A stretch of DNA of 63,822 nucleotides, filler included, from Octopus bimaculoides (taxonomy: Eukaryota), in NCBI RefSeq assembly GCF_001194135.2. It is 5 parts of 5 records of this genome, joined end to end, with 100 filler letters (N's around TTAATTAATTAA, not from the genome) between each part and the next. Parts side by side here need not be neighbours in the genome. Positions count along the whole stretch, not along the records: positions 1 to 28,725 come from NC_068989.1; 4 more parts are not named here. One strand, written 5' to 3'. The number at the start of each line of letters is the position of its first letter. Positions within the stretch are counted from its first letter, which is position 1. Shown here in pieces: positions 11,803 to 23,955 of this stretch. A model generated the notes under the pieces. That model was not told the DNA's origin. It did not search any database and saw only the letters and a list, made by a program, of their open reading frames with translations. A program made the position numbers and the translations under genes.

Positions 11803-12478
11803 TCCTTTGATTTGCACTGGGTACATCTTATAGAGTTTCTACCTACGCCTTTTCTACAGATCAAGCAGGGCCATCGACCTGAAGGGGTTTGTGTTTTGTC
11901 TACCTTCCTACTTATAAGGACTTTGGTTTTAGCTAGGTTGATTCTAAGGCCCTTTGATTCTAGTCCTTGCTTCCACACCTGAAACTTCTCCTCTAGTTCT
12001 GATAGTGACTCAGCAATTAGGGCAAGATCATCAGCATAGAGGAGCTCCCAGGGGCATCCTGTCTTGAATTCCCTGTGTTATTGCCTGGAGGACTATGATA
12101 AATAGGAGGGGACTGGGGACTGAACCTTGGTGGACCCCTACCTGGAATTCTTCACTGTACTCGTTGCCAACCCTCACCTTACTGACAGCGTCTCTGTACA
12201 TGGCTCACACAGCTCTCACTAACCATTCCTCTATCCCTAGTGTCCTCATTGACCACCAGATAAGGGAGCGGGGGACCCTGTCAAAGGCTTTCTCCATGTC
12301 AACAAAAGCCAGGTACAGAGGTTTATCTTTGGCTAGGTATTTCTCCTGCAGCTGTCTTACCAGAAATATAGCATCAGTGGTGCTTTTTCCTGGCACAAAC
12401 CCAGACTGCATCTCATCTAAACTGACTCTCTCCCTAATTAGTTGGGCTAAGACCCTCTCCGTGACTTTCATCCTCTTC
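11803..12478 (-). mobile_element. Non-LTR retrotransposon RT fragment (RTE-like)
   Basis: QSGFVPGKSTTDAIF, LAFVDMEKAFDRVPR, GVHQGS..SPLLF and ELLYADDL, followed by CLICRKGVGRNSIRCTQC; frameshifted. Confidence 0.9.
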
Positions 12479-13219
12479 ATGACATATTTTCCATGTGTAC
12501 AAATAACATGAAGAAAATAAATAAATAGTTACCAAGGTAGAAAAAAATTTACATAAGTGCCAAGGATGTTACAGCCTACATATAAAGGTAGAAATTCCAG
12601 GGTTTACTGAAATGTTTTTGTACAACATAGATAAATTAAGAAATGGAATTTAATACTTCTGAGATATGTTTCGAAGAAAACATTGGTATTATTCCTGAGA
12701 GAATAAAATGATATAAAACAATGTAATCATCTCATCAGGGAATATATATATATATATATANNNNNNNNNNNNNNNNNNNNNNNNNNNNNNNNNNNNNNNN
12801 NNNNNNNNNNNNNNNNNNNNNNNNNNNNNNNNNNNNNNNNNNNNNNNNNNNNNNNNNNNNNNNNNNNNNNNNNNNNNNNNNNNNNNNNNNNNNNNNNNNN
12901 NNNNNNNNNNNNNNNNNNNNNNNNNNNNNNNNNNNNNNNNNNNNNNNNNNNNNNNNNNNNNNNNNNNNNNNNNNNNNNNNNNNNNNNNNNNNNNNNNNNN
13001 NNNNNNNNNNNNNNNNNNNNNNNNNNNNNNNNNNNNNNNNNNNNNNNNNNNNNNNNNNNNNNNNNNNNNNNNNNNNNNNNNNNNNNNNNNNNNNNNNNNN
13101 NNNNNNNNNNNNNNNNNNNNNNNNNNNNNNNNNNNNNNNNNNNNNNNNNNNNNNNNNNNNNNNNNNNNNNNNNNNNNNNNNNNNNNNNNNNNNNNNNNNN
13201 NNNNNNNNNNNNNNNNNNN

Positions 13220-13264
<45 letters not shown>

Positions 13265-13265
13265 C

Positions 13266-13310
<45 letters not shown>

Positions 13311-13606
13311 CATACACATATATACATATATATATATGTATATATACATATATATACATATATATGCACATCTATATTTATGTATATATACATATATATA
13401 TACATATATATAGATCTATACACATACATATACGTATAAATCTATATATATATATATACATATATATATACATCAATATATATATACATATACATGTACA
13501 CATATACTTCTATACTTATGCATCTATACTTATATATCTATACATATACATCTATATATATACACAGACACTCACACACATATATAAATGGATTTTTGCT
13601 ACTTAC

Positions 13607-13820
13607 GTTCACACGTAAATAGTTCATTTGTCTTCAAAGGTCTCCATCTCTTCTGTTCAAAGCCAGGACAACATTTCTCACACTGCCGACCACAAGTGTT
13701 GTGTTCACATCTACAATAATGAATGTCAAGATTTTTCGGGTCTTTTGTATCACAGCGCTCAGCATGGCCATTGCATACACACCGGCCACCAATAGAGATG
13801 TCTCGGATACTGTAAAAGTA
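13607..13820 (-). CDS. LanA: Laminin alpha exon, end of LN plus LE1: [23 protein letters not shown]...[22 protein letters not shown]...FTCE
   Basis: Translated by hand (absent from the ORF track). cctaacag acceptor, GTAAGT donor, 214 nt, phase 0/1; [20 protein letters not shown] hallmark. Confidence 0.95.
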
Positions 13821-14943
13821 CTGTTAGGAAGGAAGGAGAAAGAAAACTAGATATATTATAGTTATGTTAGCATTAACATAATAAATTCAGAGAGCATTAA
13901 ATAAGGAGCTAAAAATGATTATGAGGAGAAAAAAAATATCAGAAGACAAAAACAATATTAGTTGATATGGGAGAGAACAGCAGACATATTTTGGTTTCTT
14001 ATGCAAAGTATACTCTAAATATCTTTTTACTGTTAATTAATTTATTGGAATCATCATCACCATTGTTTTAATGCTCACTTTACTATGCTTGAATGGGTTG
14101 GACAGAATTTTATTAGGTAGACATTTGATGGCTGGATGCCCTTTTTTCTTACCAACCCTCATCTATTTCCAAGCAAGATAATATTCCCCCATAGCAAGAG
14201 GATATTTTTGCAGAACATTGGAAAGAAATGAATGACAGTTAGTATAACAGTGAGATTCATTTACAACTATCATATGATGTCAAGACTAGGGGAGACACAT
14301 ACACATGTATGCAGGGCCCAATTAAAGAATGGTACCCGTGTGTACCCATGGTTTGACATCACATGATGGTTGCAAATGAGCATCACCATCATATCATACA
14401 AGTAGTATTATGAACTTCTAGTCTTTGGTGAATAACATGTCTGGCTACCAAGAAATATTACCTTGCTCAGCAGCAGGTGAGGGTTGATGGCAGGAAGTGA
14501 GCCTGGTAGGAGAAAATCTGACTTGAAAAATTCCATCAGATAGAAAAGTAGACATTAAATGATGATGATGATGTGGGTGTGTGTATGTATGTGTGTGTGG
14601 TGTGTGTGTGTGTGTGTGTGTTCAAATATGAATTAGAAGCAGTACTAGTGTTATAGACATTACTGAACACACATACTCAATGTATGTGCTTTGCTTGTCC
14701 ACTGGTAGTTTACAATTTAGTGAAGATGACTCCCTCAAAGCATAGGGTGTTAAAACACCTGAAAGTCATAGACAGGTGACACAACTTGCCCCAAATCCCA
14801 TTCAGGAGTAATGAACATTGATGTTTTACTATTTTGGTGGCTTATCAACATCATGTACCTGAACCGAATTGGAGGCAAACTGAATCATCAGTCCATTACT
14901 ATATACAAATAGTGTAAAAACCATTTGCTCCAACAATGCATAC

Positions 14944-14983
<40 letters not shown>

Positions 14984-14985
<2 letters not shown>

Positions 14986-15288
14986 TTTTACATGCTTCTC
15001 AGTCATTTGACTGTGGCCATGCTGAATCACTACATTACAAGGATGTAAACACACCAATATCGGTTGTCAAATGATGTTGGGGGGGACAAGCACAGACACA
15101 CAAATACACACACACACACATATATGATAAGCCTCTTTCAGTTTCTGTCTACCAGATCCACTCACAAAGCTTTGGTTGGCCCAAGGCTATAGTAGAAGAC
15201 ACTTGTCCAAGGTACCACACAGTGGAACTGAAGCTGGAACCATGTGGATGTGAAGCAAGCTTTTTACCACACAGCCACTCCTGTGCCT
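14984..15288 (-). mobile_element. SINE family A
   Basis: Same diagnostic head and tail segments as the other copies. Confidence 0.8.
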
Positions 15289-15387
15289 ATATATAATAGT
15301 TACAGTAGTTCCACATCAAATACTGTCAATTTTTAAAAAAAATTGTCAGAGAAATTTTATAATGAAAATGTAGTTTTTTTGACTCAC

Positions 15388-15558
15388 CCTTCTTGTTACA
15401 GTGACGTCTTGTCTCTTTACAGCCATCAAGTGACCCAACAATGTGTTAGTTTGTATAAATCGAAGTCTGACATTTGTAGCTTTTGACCACTCTTGCAGAT
15501 CAAGTGAGCTTGAGAAATTTAGAGAGCTTGGTCGGTCATCAACTAAAGAAACAATAAT
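15388..15558 (-). CDS. LanA: Laminin alpha exon, LN domain: [12 protein letters not shown]...[36 protein letters not shown]
   Basis: tttcag acceptor, GTGAGT donor, 171 nt, phase 0/0, in frame with neighbours; conserved ATNVRLRF...LLGHLM...TVTRR. Confidence 0.95.
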
Positions 15559-16210
15559 CTGAAAATATAAAAACATTATTTATAATATTAGCACCATTAT
15601 GTATGTTTTATTCACATGCACCATCTAATGGACAGAGGTGTTCCTCAGCAATGAAAAACAACGGTGGTCATTATATTCACATTCAAATTTGCCAGAATGT
15701 ACAAAGAATGAATATTGTTTGGATTCTTGCTTTTCTGCATGGATCCCATGAATTATCATTTATTTTTAGCGGTATCAGTACAAAGTAGTGTCTTGGCATA
15801 AGCGAACTTTAGGCTAGTTAAAATATGTTCATGACACATTTCAACTTCTAAAGACAAATTCACTGCAGTTACCATGGAGAAAAAAATTCTCTCTCAAGGT
15901 AAAAAGTGTAAAAACAACATATCTGCACAGTGTTGCCCCTATCAGATTCCCAGATGCAGCGTTTCTAGCTCTTTAGCTGTTATCAATGGGAAATACCGAA
16001 GGGAGGTTATTCTGGGCAGATTTAACGCTGTAGCTTTAACTAAAACATTCAACAACATTGACTGAGTTGCACCATAAGACTGTCAGGTTAAGAGAAATTC
16101 GGCAGTATCAGCATCAAGCAACGTTTAGGCATAAATGAACTTTAGGTTAGTTAAAATATGTTCATGACAAAATTCAACTTCTAAAAGCAAATTCACTGCA
16201 GTTGCTCACT

Positions 16211-16601
16211 TTACTCTTTTACTTGTTTCAGTCATTTGACTGCAGCCATGCTGAAGCACCACCTTCTATCGAGGAAATCGACCCCAGGATATATTCTTTG
16301 TAAGCTTAGTACTTATTCTATCAGTCTCTTTTGCCAAACTGCTAAGTTACGGGGATGTAAACACACCACCATCGGTTGTCAAGCGATGTTGGGGGGACAA
16401 ACACAGACATACAAACACATATATATACATATACATATATACAATAGGCTTCTTTCAGTTTCCGTCTACTAAATCCACTCATAAGGCTTTGGTCGGCCTG
16501 ATGCTATAGTAGAAGACACTTGCCTAAGGTGCCACGCAGTGGGACTGAACCCAGAACCATGTGGTTGGTAAGCAAGCTACTTACCACACAGCCACTCCAG
16601 T
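16211..16601 (-). mobile_element. SINE family A, near full length
   Basis: Complete head-microsatellite-tail structure; interrupts a local 333-bp duplication. Confidence 0.85.
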
Positions 16602-16957
16602 GCTTGTGACGAAAAAATTCTCTCTTATGGTAAAAGGTGTAAAAACACCATTTCTGCTCAGTTTAAATTTTTTTTTATTTAAATGTAGGATGCAACAGAA
16701 AAAGTCCTCATATTGGAGAGGTACTATTGCTGTGACACTAGTGAAGTTAGATAGGTGGTAATGGTGTCTTGAAGTATCTAATGTTTAACCATTTTCTTTT
16801 TCAGTTACCATCATGGTTGGACTGGAGCATACCATGCATTTGTTGTTAAAATGCTTACCAAAAATGGTGAATCTAAAAGTTCTTTTGGTGCACCTGGTAC
16901 AATTAAAGAAAATATGAACATCAATTTGCCTAAATCTGTATAGGAAATGTAACTTAC

Positions 16958-17194
16958 TTCTCCATCTTCAAGAGGAACAACATCTGAGAACTTTGTAGTG
17001 CATATGGCCTCATTATTGCGCCTAGGTGATTCAGATGCTGGGACTCTGAAATATTCACGGCATTCGCTGTCACTTCCAGTGAAATATTGCCATGGAGACC
17101 ATGTTTTGCCAAAGTCTGTAGATCTTTCAAGAATCCATACAGCGGGACGTGGTGAATTGGCCATTTTTATCCAAATGTAGGAAACTTGGAATTC
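16958..17194 (-). CDS. LanA: Laminin alpha exon (first visible), LN domain: EFQVSYIWIKMANSPRPAVWILERSTDFGKTWSPWQYF...VVPLEDGE
   Basis: ttattcag acceptor, GTAAGT donor, 237 nt, phase 0/0. The NSPRPxxWxLERSxDFGKTWxPWQYF motif is typical of laminin alpha LN domains; the chain as a whole resembles Drosophila LanA/LAMA5 (recognised from memory). Confidence 0.95.
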
Positions 17195-17908
17195 CTGAAT
17201 AATATATGAGAAAAGAAAATTTTATATGGTTATGATCACTTTGTTACATTGTATTCAGGACAGACATTTTAGAGATATCACAAACTAGAGGAATCCATAC
17301 ATAGACACACAAACACATACACTTAAGATACACACACATACACACAAATGTACACATATAATGTATAAATGCAAAACACACACACACACACATACACACA
17401 CACACGGACATGGACACATGTACAGAAATACAAACATGCTCTCACACACACAAGCTGTTTAATTATTCATTATAGTCAGTGTGGGTGAAAGGTGTGAAGG
17501 TTGAGATATACTGAGGTGGGGGTGTATTGACAAGAATGTTTGAGGTTAAAGTAAGGAGGAAAAGCTACAAGCAACCAACCAACAAATAAAAAACCCTTCC
17601 TCCCTCTCTTCCCTCAGAAGGGGTGAGGGGAGGAGGTAGACACTGCTTGACCTTATCAAACCTAATCTTGTATTTCTTTATGGAATTCTGAGATTAATTT
17701 GTTTTTTCTTTTTCTTTCTTGTTATAGAACAGGTTTTACAAACTTGTTTTGTTATTATGGATTAGCAACAACTTCCAAAACTGGTACCACCTACATCTTC
17801 TCCCTCCCTTCTAATCATTGTTTCTTAATTTTTTTGTTTTTTAGTCCAGGGTCCATATGGCCCTTCGGAGTCCATATAAGATTTTGTAGTTAAAATTTAT
17901 TCTTTTAT

Positions 17909-18129
17909 TCTTTTACCTGTTTCAAGTCATAAGACTGCGGCCATGCTGGGGCACTGCCTTGAAGAACTTTAATTGAATAAATTGATCCCAGTATTTTTAT
18001 TTTTTAAGCCTGGTACTTATCCTATCAATCTCTTTAGCTGAACTGTTAAGTCACAGGGACATAAACACACCAACACCTGTTGTCAAGCAGTGGTGGAGAG
18101 ACAAACAGACACAAAGACACACACACATG

Positions 18130-18163
<34 letters not shown>

Positions 18164-18357
18164 CACATACACACACACATACATATATACACATGAGGAG
18201 CTTCTTTCAGCCTCTGTCTACCAAATCCACTCACATGGTTTTGGTCAGTCTGAGACTATAGTAGATGACACTTGCCCAAGGTGCCATGCAGTGGGACTGA
18301 ACCCGGGACCATACAGTTGGGAAGCAAGCTTCTTACCACACAGCTACTCTTGCACCT
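17909..18357 (-). mobile_element. SINE family A, near full length
   Basis: Same structure with an internal (CA)n. Confidence 0.85.
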
Positions 18358-18389
18358 ATGTGCAATAAATTGCTTAAATTGCTACAATA

Positions 18390-18563
18390 CACAAAATATT
18401 CAAATTTTTTTTATACAATTCCTAATAATATTTAACTATAAAAATACAGTAGGAATTTTTTTTATATACAGTGAATGGCTATGGAGGTTCAGTAGAGTAA
18501 AATAGGAATCAACAGTGGGATTGGGGAGGGGGACAACAGGTGAAAAATGGTTGAGAACCACTG
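18390..18563. mobile_element. Second, partial copy of the hAT-type MITE
   Basis: Shares aaaaatacagtagga...ggaggt[ct]cagtagagtaaaataggaat...aaaatgg[at]tgagaaccactg with 4749-4983. Confidence 0.65.
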
Positions 18564-18938
18564 ATTTAGTCACTCAATCAACAGAATATATGAAATGGGA
18601 TCCATCATCCAATGAGCAGTGGTTTTAATCCTTTTCTTCACCATATTTTTGTTGAAATACATTGCTTTTTTTACCGTTAATTTTGAAAATAATGAAGAAT
18701 TTAATAAATTAACTTTGTCAACATCAAACAGGTGTTTGGAACATAATTCAACATGAAAACTGGATGGAAGGTTTTAATCTAGATCACTTTTGTTACCATA
18801 TTCCAGTTGAAATACACACACTACCTTTATTTCAATTAATTTTGTAAATTATGAAGAAATATAACTTTTAATGGAATTAAAAAAAATTTTTTTAAAACTC
18901 AAATCACTTTAAACAGAAAGTTTTTATTATACATTACA

Positions 18939-19066
18939 GGCGCAGGAGTGGCTGTGTGGTAAGTAGCTTGCTTACCAACCACATGGTTCCAGGTTCAGTC
19001 CCACTGTGTCGCACTTGGGTAAGCCTAGTGAGTGGATTTGGTAGACAGAAACTGAAAGAAACCTGT

Positions 19067-19104
<38 letters not shown>

Positions 19105-19313
19105 TGTGTGTATGTGTGTTTATCCCCACAACATTGCTTGACAACCAATGCTGGTGTGTTTACATCCCCGTAACTTAGCAGTTCAGCAAAACAGATTGAT
19201 AGAATAAGTACTAGGCTTACAAAGAATAAATCCTGGGGTCGATTTGCTCAACTAAAAGGCAGTGCTCCAGTATGGCCGCAGTCAAATGACTGAAGCAAAT
19301 AAAAGAATAAAAG
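18939..19313 (+). mobile_element. SINE family A
   Basis: GGCGCAGGAGTGGCTGTGTGGTAAG (A-box-like) and GGTTCAGTCCC (B-box-like), internal (TA)n, tail gaa.caaataaaagaataaaaga. Confidence 0.85.
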
Positions 19314-19749
19314 AATACAACCAGGGGCATTCTCTGGTGGATAGGTTCCAAAATGGATTGAAGTTAAAAGAAAGGTAGAACAGCAAGTTACAGTTTGTGA
19401 CAAGACAATTGCTAGATGTTTGTAACACATGCCCCAGAATGGTGAACAGATTTCAAACATTACTACAAAGGTACAAATGTTAGGGAAGATCATGGTCAAC
19501 TGAACCAAGGCCAGGAATGGAATATATTTCATTGACTCCAATGGAATGGATGGACAGTGATATTAACCCAGTGGTAATTGAAAGTAAAGATAATAAAATA
19601 CATATAGCAAGGATTCATGATGAACACTTCATCAATTCTTCCATTCACTGCTCTACAAGTAAGAGCAATTTAGGTTTCAGAAGAATTTGGAGTTCAGTTT
19701 TGGTGGGTTTCTGAAACCCACAATTTAATGCAAAAATTATATGCTAAAT

Positions 19750-20045
19750 ATTGCAAGCTCAGAATAGATTACCTTTGACAATCTACAGTCAGACATTCTC
19801 ACAGGTGGATTTGCTTGTGCTTACAAACTGGGGAAATTGACAAGTCTTGAGAGACTCAGTATATGTTTAAGATATGTAAAAATAATTAAGATTTTTTTAG
19901 CATGAACTTGTACATCATCCATGTTTCCACACCATAGGGTGGAGTTGGAAGGATGACAGCATTTGATTTTGGTGACTATGAAAATACCTGGGCTGTTCCT
20001 CACTCCATAGCACAGTTAACCAAAAACTGCACCCACCTTGCCAAT
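19750..20045 (-). mobile_element. Decayed RTE-like LINE fragment (post-RT region)
   Basis: Frameshifted IGKVGAVFG / TKIK..AVILPTPPYGVETW / VRMSDCRLSKVIYSELA, matching the RTE TKIKVY.AVVLPTLLYG.ETW and RM...RLPK...Y.EL pattern. Confidence 0.6.
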
Positions 20046-20071
20046 ATGTGGTGAACATTCTGTATCAATAC

Positions 20072-20235
20072 GACGGACTTCTTTCAGTTTCTGTCTATCA
20101 AATCCACTCACAAGGCTTTGGTTGGCCTGAGGCTATAGTAGAAGACACTTGCCCAAGGTGCTATGCAGTGGGACTGAACCCAGAACCAAGTGGTTGGAAA
20201 GCAAGCTTCTTACCACACAGCCATGCCTGTGCCTG
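20072..20235 (-). mobile_element. SINE family A, 5' half
   Basis: Matches the head region of the other copies. Confidence 0.8.
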
Positions 20236-23200
20236 TATATAATGTATGTGTGTATACATATATATAAGATATACATACATATATCTGTATACACATACAT
20301 ACAAGTATATATATATACACACACATTTACATACATATAGATATAGACAGGTAGCTATAAAGATGTCTATGTATACACATTCCTATAGACAAAGATACGT
20401 ACATGTAATTCTATAAAGTATCTATAGATAGCTCTAGTCCACACACACACACCTCTACATATCCTGTGCCTACAATTTGTGGTTTATATGTCTCATATTT
20501 TCGTCTTTTCATTGCCACTTTACTTCCGATACAGCGCATAGCCACTTGTAAATTCTAATTTGTTGCTTTTCCACTTTAACATATGAGCAACAGAGATGTA
20601 GGAGATGATGTAATTAACATTGAATGATGAACACATCATATGTAAGTATCATTATCGTTATTAAGGCAGTGGGCTGGTACAATCATTACTGCACAGGACA
20701 AAATCCATAATGGCATTTCACCTAGCTTTAGATTCTGAGTTCAAATCTGTTTTAATTAATTGTCCCTCCCACCAACATTGCTTTAATTAATTAAAGCCAT
20801 TAACAAACTGACAAGTTGTCAAACAGCTTTTATGACCTTTTCTTGGTTGGTGCATACAACTCTCAAGAAAATATTTACATTTAAAATTCTTGAAATTAGC
20901 CATTCCTCTTTTTTTTTCTGGACACTTTTTCATTTATTTATAGAATATAATACTGACACAAATTCCCTCACACATAAGCTGTATGTATATATATNNNNNN
21001 NNNNNNNNNNNNNNNNNNNNNNNNNNNNNNNNNNNNNNNNNNNNNNNNNNNNNNNNNNNNNNNNNNNNNNNNNTATATATATATATATATATGTATGTAC
21101 ACACACACACACACACACACACTCATCACTACTATAGTTACACATACTTATACATACACCTACACACAATGTGAGTCATAGGGAAGCTTTTATGTGGTGA
21201 CACATGAGAAATAGCAGCCTAATCAGATCACACTCTACTCTTGTAAAGAAGGACACATTTCTTAATGTAGACATAAGTGCACTTTGATTGGAAAGATTGA
21301 ATGGGATGGCTGCTACTGGTGCACTTTTGATCATAATTCTGTCTCAGTCAAAAATGACCTGGGGCTAAACAATACGGATCTTTATGGTTTGACGGCCAAC
21401 ACTTGTTTTCTTAACGAAACACTTTCAAACTTAGGATACTGGTAGAATGTGTCATATAAAACATCTTTTTCTCTTAGCCTTCTTAACAAAAATTAGTTCT
21501 TAATAAGTTATTTCATGTTAAAGTTGTCGTATTTCTGTAATTTCAACCAATCACTGACGTCTATTCAGCTGAATACAGTTAGTGCTGTTCGGTGTCAAGT
21601 GTGTTATTCCCTGTTTAATTATATCATTATTCCCTAGTAAGGGTTTAGGGTTTTNNNNNNNNNNNNNNNNNNNNNNNNNNNNNNNNNNNNNNNNNNNNNN
21701 NNNNNNNNNNNNNNNNNNNNNNNNNNNNNNNNNNNNNNNNNNNNNNNNNNNNNNNNNNNNNNNNNNNNNNNNNNNNNNNNNNNNNNNNNNNNNNNNNNNN
21801 NNNNNNNNNNNNNNNNNNNNNNNNNNNNNNNNNNNNNNNNNNNNNNNNNNNNNNNNNNNNNNNNNNNNNNNNNNNNNNNNNNNNNNNNNNNNNNNNNNNN
21901 NNNNNNNNNNNNNNNNNNNNNNNNNNNNNNNNNNNNNNNNNNNNNNNNNNNNNNNNNNNNNNNNNNNNNNNNNNNNNNNNNNNNNNNNNNNNNNNNNNNN
22001 NNNNNNNNNNNNNNNNNNNNNNNNNNNNNNNNNNNNNNNNNNNNNNNNNNNNNNNNNNNNNNNNNNNNNNNNNNNNNNNNNNNNNNNNNNNNNNNNNNNN
22101 NNNNNNNNNNNNNNNNNNNNNNNNNNNNNNNNNNNNNNNNNNNNNNNNNNNNNNNNNNNNNNNNNNNNNNNNNNNNNNNNNNNNNNNNNNNNNNNNNNNN
22201 NNNNNNNNNNNNNNNNNNNNNNNNNNNNNNNNNNNNNNNNNNNNNNNNNNNNNNNNNNNNNNNNNNNNNNNNNNNNNNNNNNNNNNNNNNNNNNNNNNNN
22301 NNNNNNNNNNNNNNNNNNNNNNNNNNNNNNNNNNNNNNNNNNNNNNNNNNNNNNNNNNNNNNNNNNNNNNNNNNNNNNNNNNNNNNNNNNNNNNNNNNNN
22401 NNNNNNNNNNNNNNNNNNNNNNNNNNNNNNNNNNNNNNNNNNNNNNNNNNNNNNNNNNNNNNNNNNNNNNNNNNNNNNNNNNNNNNNNNNNNNNNNNNNN
22501 NNNNNNNNNNNNNNNNNNNNNNNNNNNNNNNNNNNNNNNNNNNNNNNNNNNNNNNNNNNNNNNNNNNNNNNNNNNNNNNNNNATAGACTGGAACAACGTG
22601 TAATAAAGTATCCTTTATTACACGTTGTTCCAGTCCACTCAGGATACTTTATTACACGTTGTACCAGTCCACTCAGCCAGCTAAAATGAGTAGTACCTGT
22701 ATTTCAAAGGGCCAGCCTTGTCACACTGTGTCATAATGAATTTCTCTGGGAACTATGGTAACTAAAAAACAGTTTTATGCATGTGTGCATGCATGTGCAT
22801 GTGTGCAAATCTTTGTGTTACTATTTGTCACCAATCACAGCTTGACAACCAGTGCTGGTTTGTTTACGTTCCTGTAACTTAGCAGTTTGGCAAAATAGAC
22901 CAATAGCATAAGTACCACACTTTAGAAATCCAAGTACTGGGGTTGATTTATTTTGCCTCAGCATAGCTGCAGTTCAATGATTGAAACAAATAAAAGATAA
23001 AACCTAATGGATACACACACATGTGCACACACACACGTGTGTGTGTGTGTGTGTGTGTATGTGTGTGTGCGTGTGTGTGTGTGTGTGTGTGAATTTGCTG
23101 CCTCTGACTGGTTGAAATCCCCGCTAAAAATTCCATCTTTAAAGAAAAAAAAAAGAAAAGAAAAAGTTATTGTTTTCATAATTAGCACCAAGGAACTACA

Positions 23201-23436
23201 TTTGCATAGGAATTCCACATTTTTGGAAGGAAAAAACACTGGATGGAATCAGCAGTGTTTTTGGATATTTGATACAAGAACTTACTGCGAGAAACAGAGA
23301 CCACAACAGTAAATGTAGAAAAGGTGGAAAAAAAGGACACAGCAAGTTTGTTGGATGGGGACTGGTGTGTTTTCTTAATGTACCTTGAACTTATCCCTTA
23401 AACTAAACAATCTTTGAGCCATCACGCATGTGCCAT

Positions 23437-23955
23437 TTATATTAATGAGTTGATACATTTATAATAATATTGCTTACATTTCAATTTCTGCTGGTGGGCT
23501 GTAGCAAGAAGTAAATTTATTAGGAATGTCTTTCCTGTACCACCAGGAGCATCCAAAAAGAAAACTCCACCTCTTTCATGTTTGACTGCATCAATGATTG
23601 TATTGTATGCATACCTTTGCAATTGTTGAAGCTTAGGCTCATTTTCTGTGACAAACTGTGCCAGAGCAACTAAATTGTAGGAAGTTTCTCAGAGAATTTC
23701 ATGGTACAAATTTTGTTGTTGTTGTCTGTTGGTAGATGGCAATCCATACTCATGGAGATCTTTCCCTCCCAAATGATGGCGTTTATTCTCAAGCAGTATC
23801 AAAGTTTCATTAAGAATATTTAATTGAACATTTAATTGAAGGTCAGGGTTTGGGTTTTCCCTTTGAGCAAGATTGAGAACATCCTCACTTAGTTCATGCC
23901 TGTGATTGTCCCATAGCTGTTTAGGATTGGACAAGTCACATGTGTGAAGCATTAA
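23437..23955 (-). mobile_element. Helitron RepHel helicase fragment
   Basis: SNPKQLWDNHRHELSEDVL...LGGKDLHEYGLP followed by AYNTIIDAVKHERGGVFFLDAPGGTGKTFLINLLLA (PIF1-like Walker A in the typical Helitron context). Confidence 0.88.

Noticed and set aside
21638-21654. Telomere-like AGGGTTTAGGGTTT at a gap edge (also CCTAACCCTAACTCTAACC near 41245)
   Set aside because: Only 2-3 imperfect units; such motifs occur inside interspersed repeats. What the gap hides cannot be judged.
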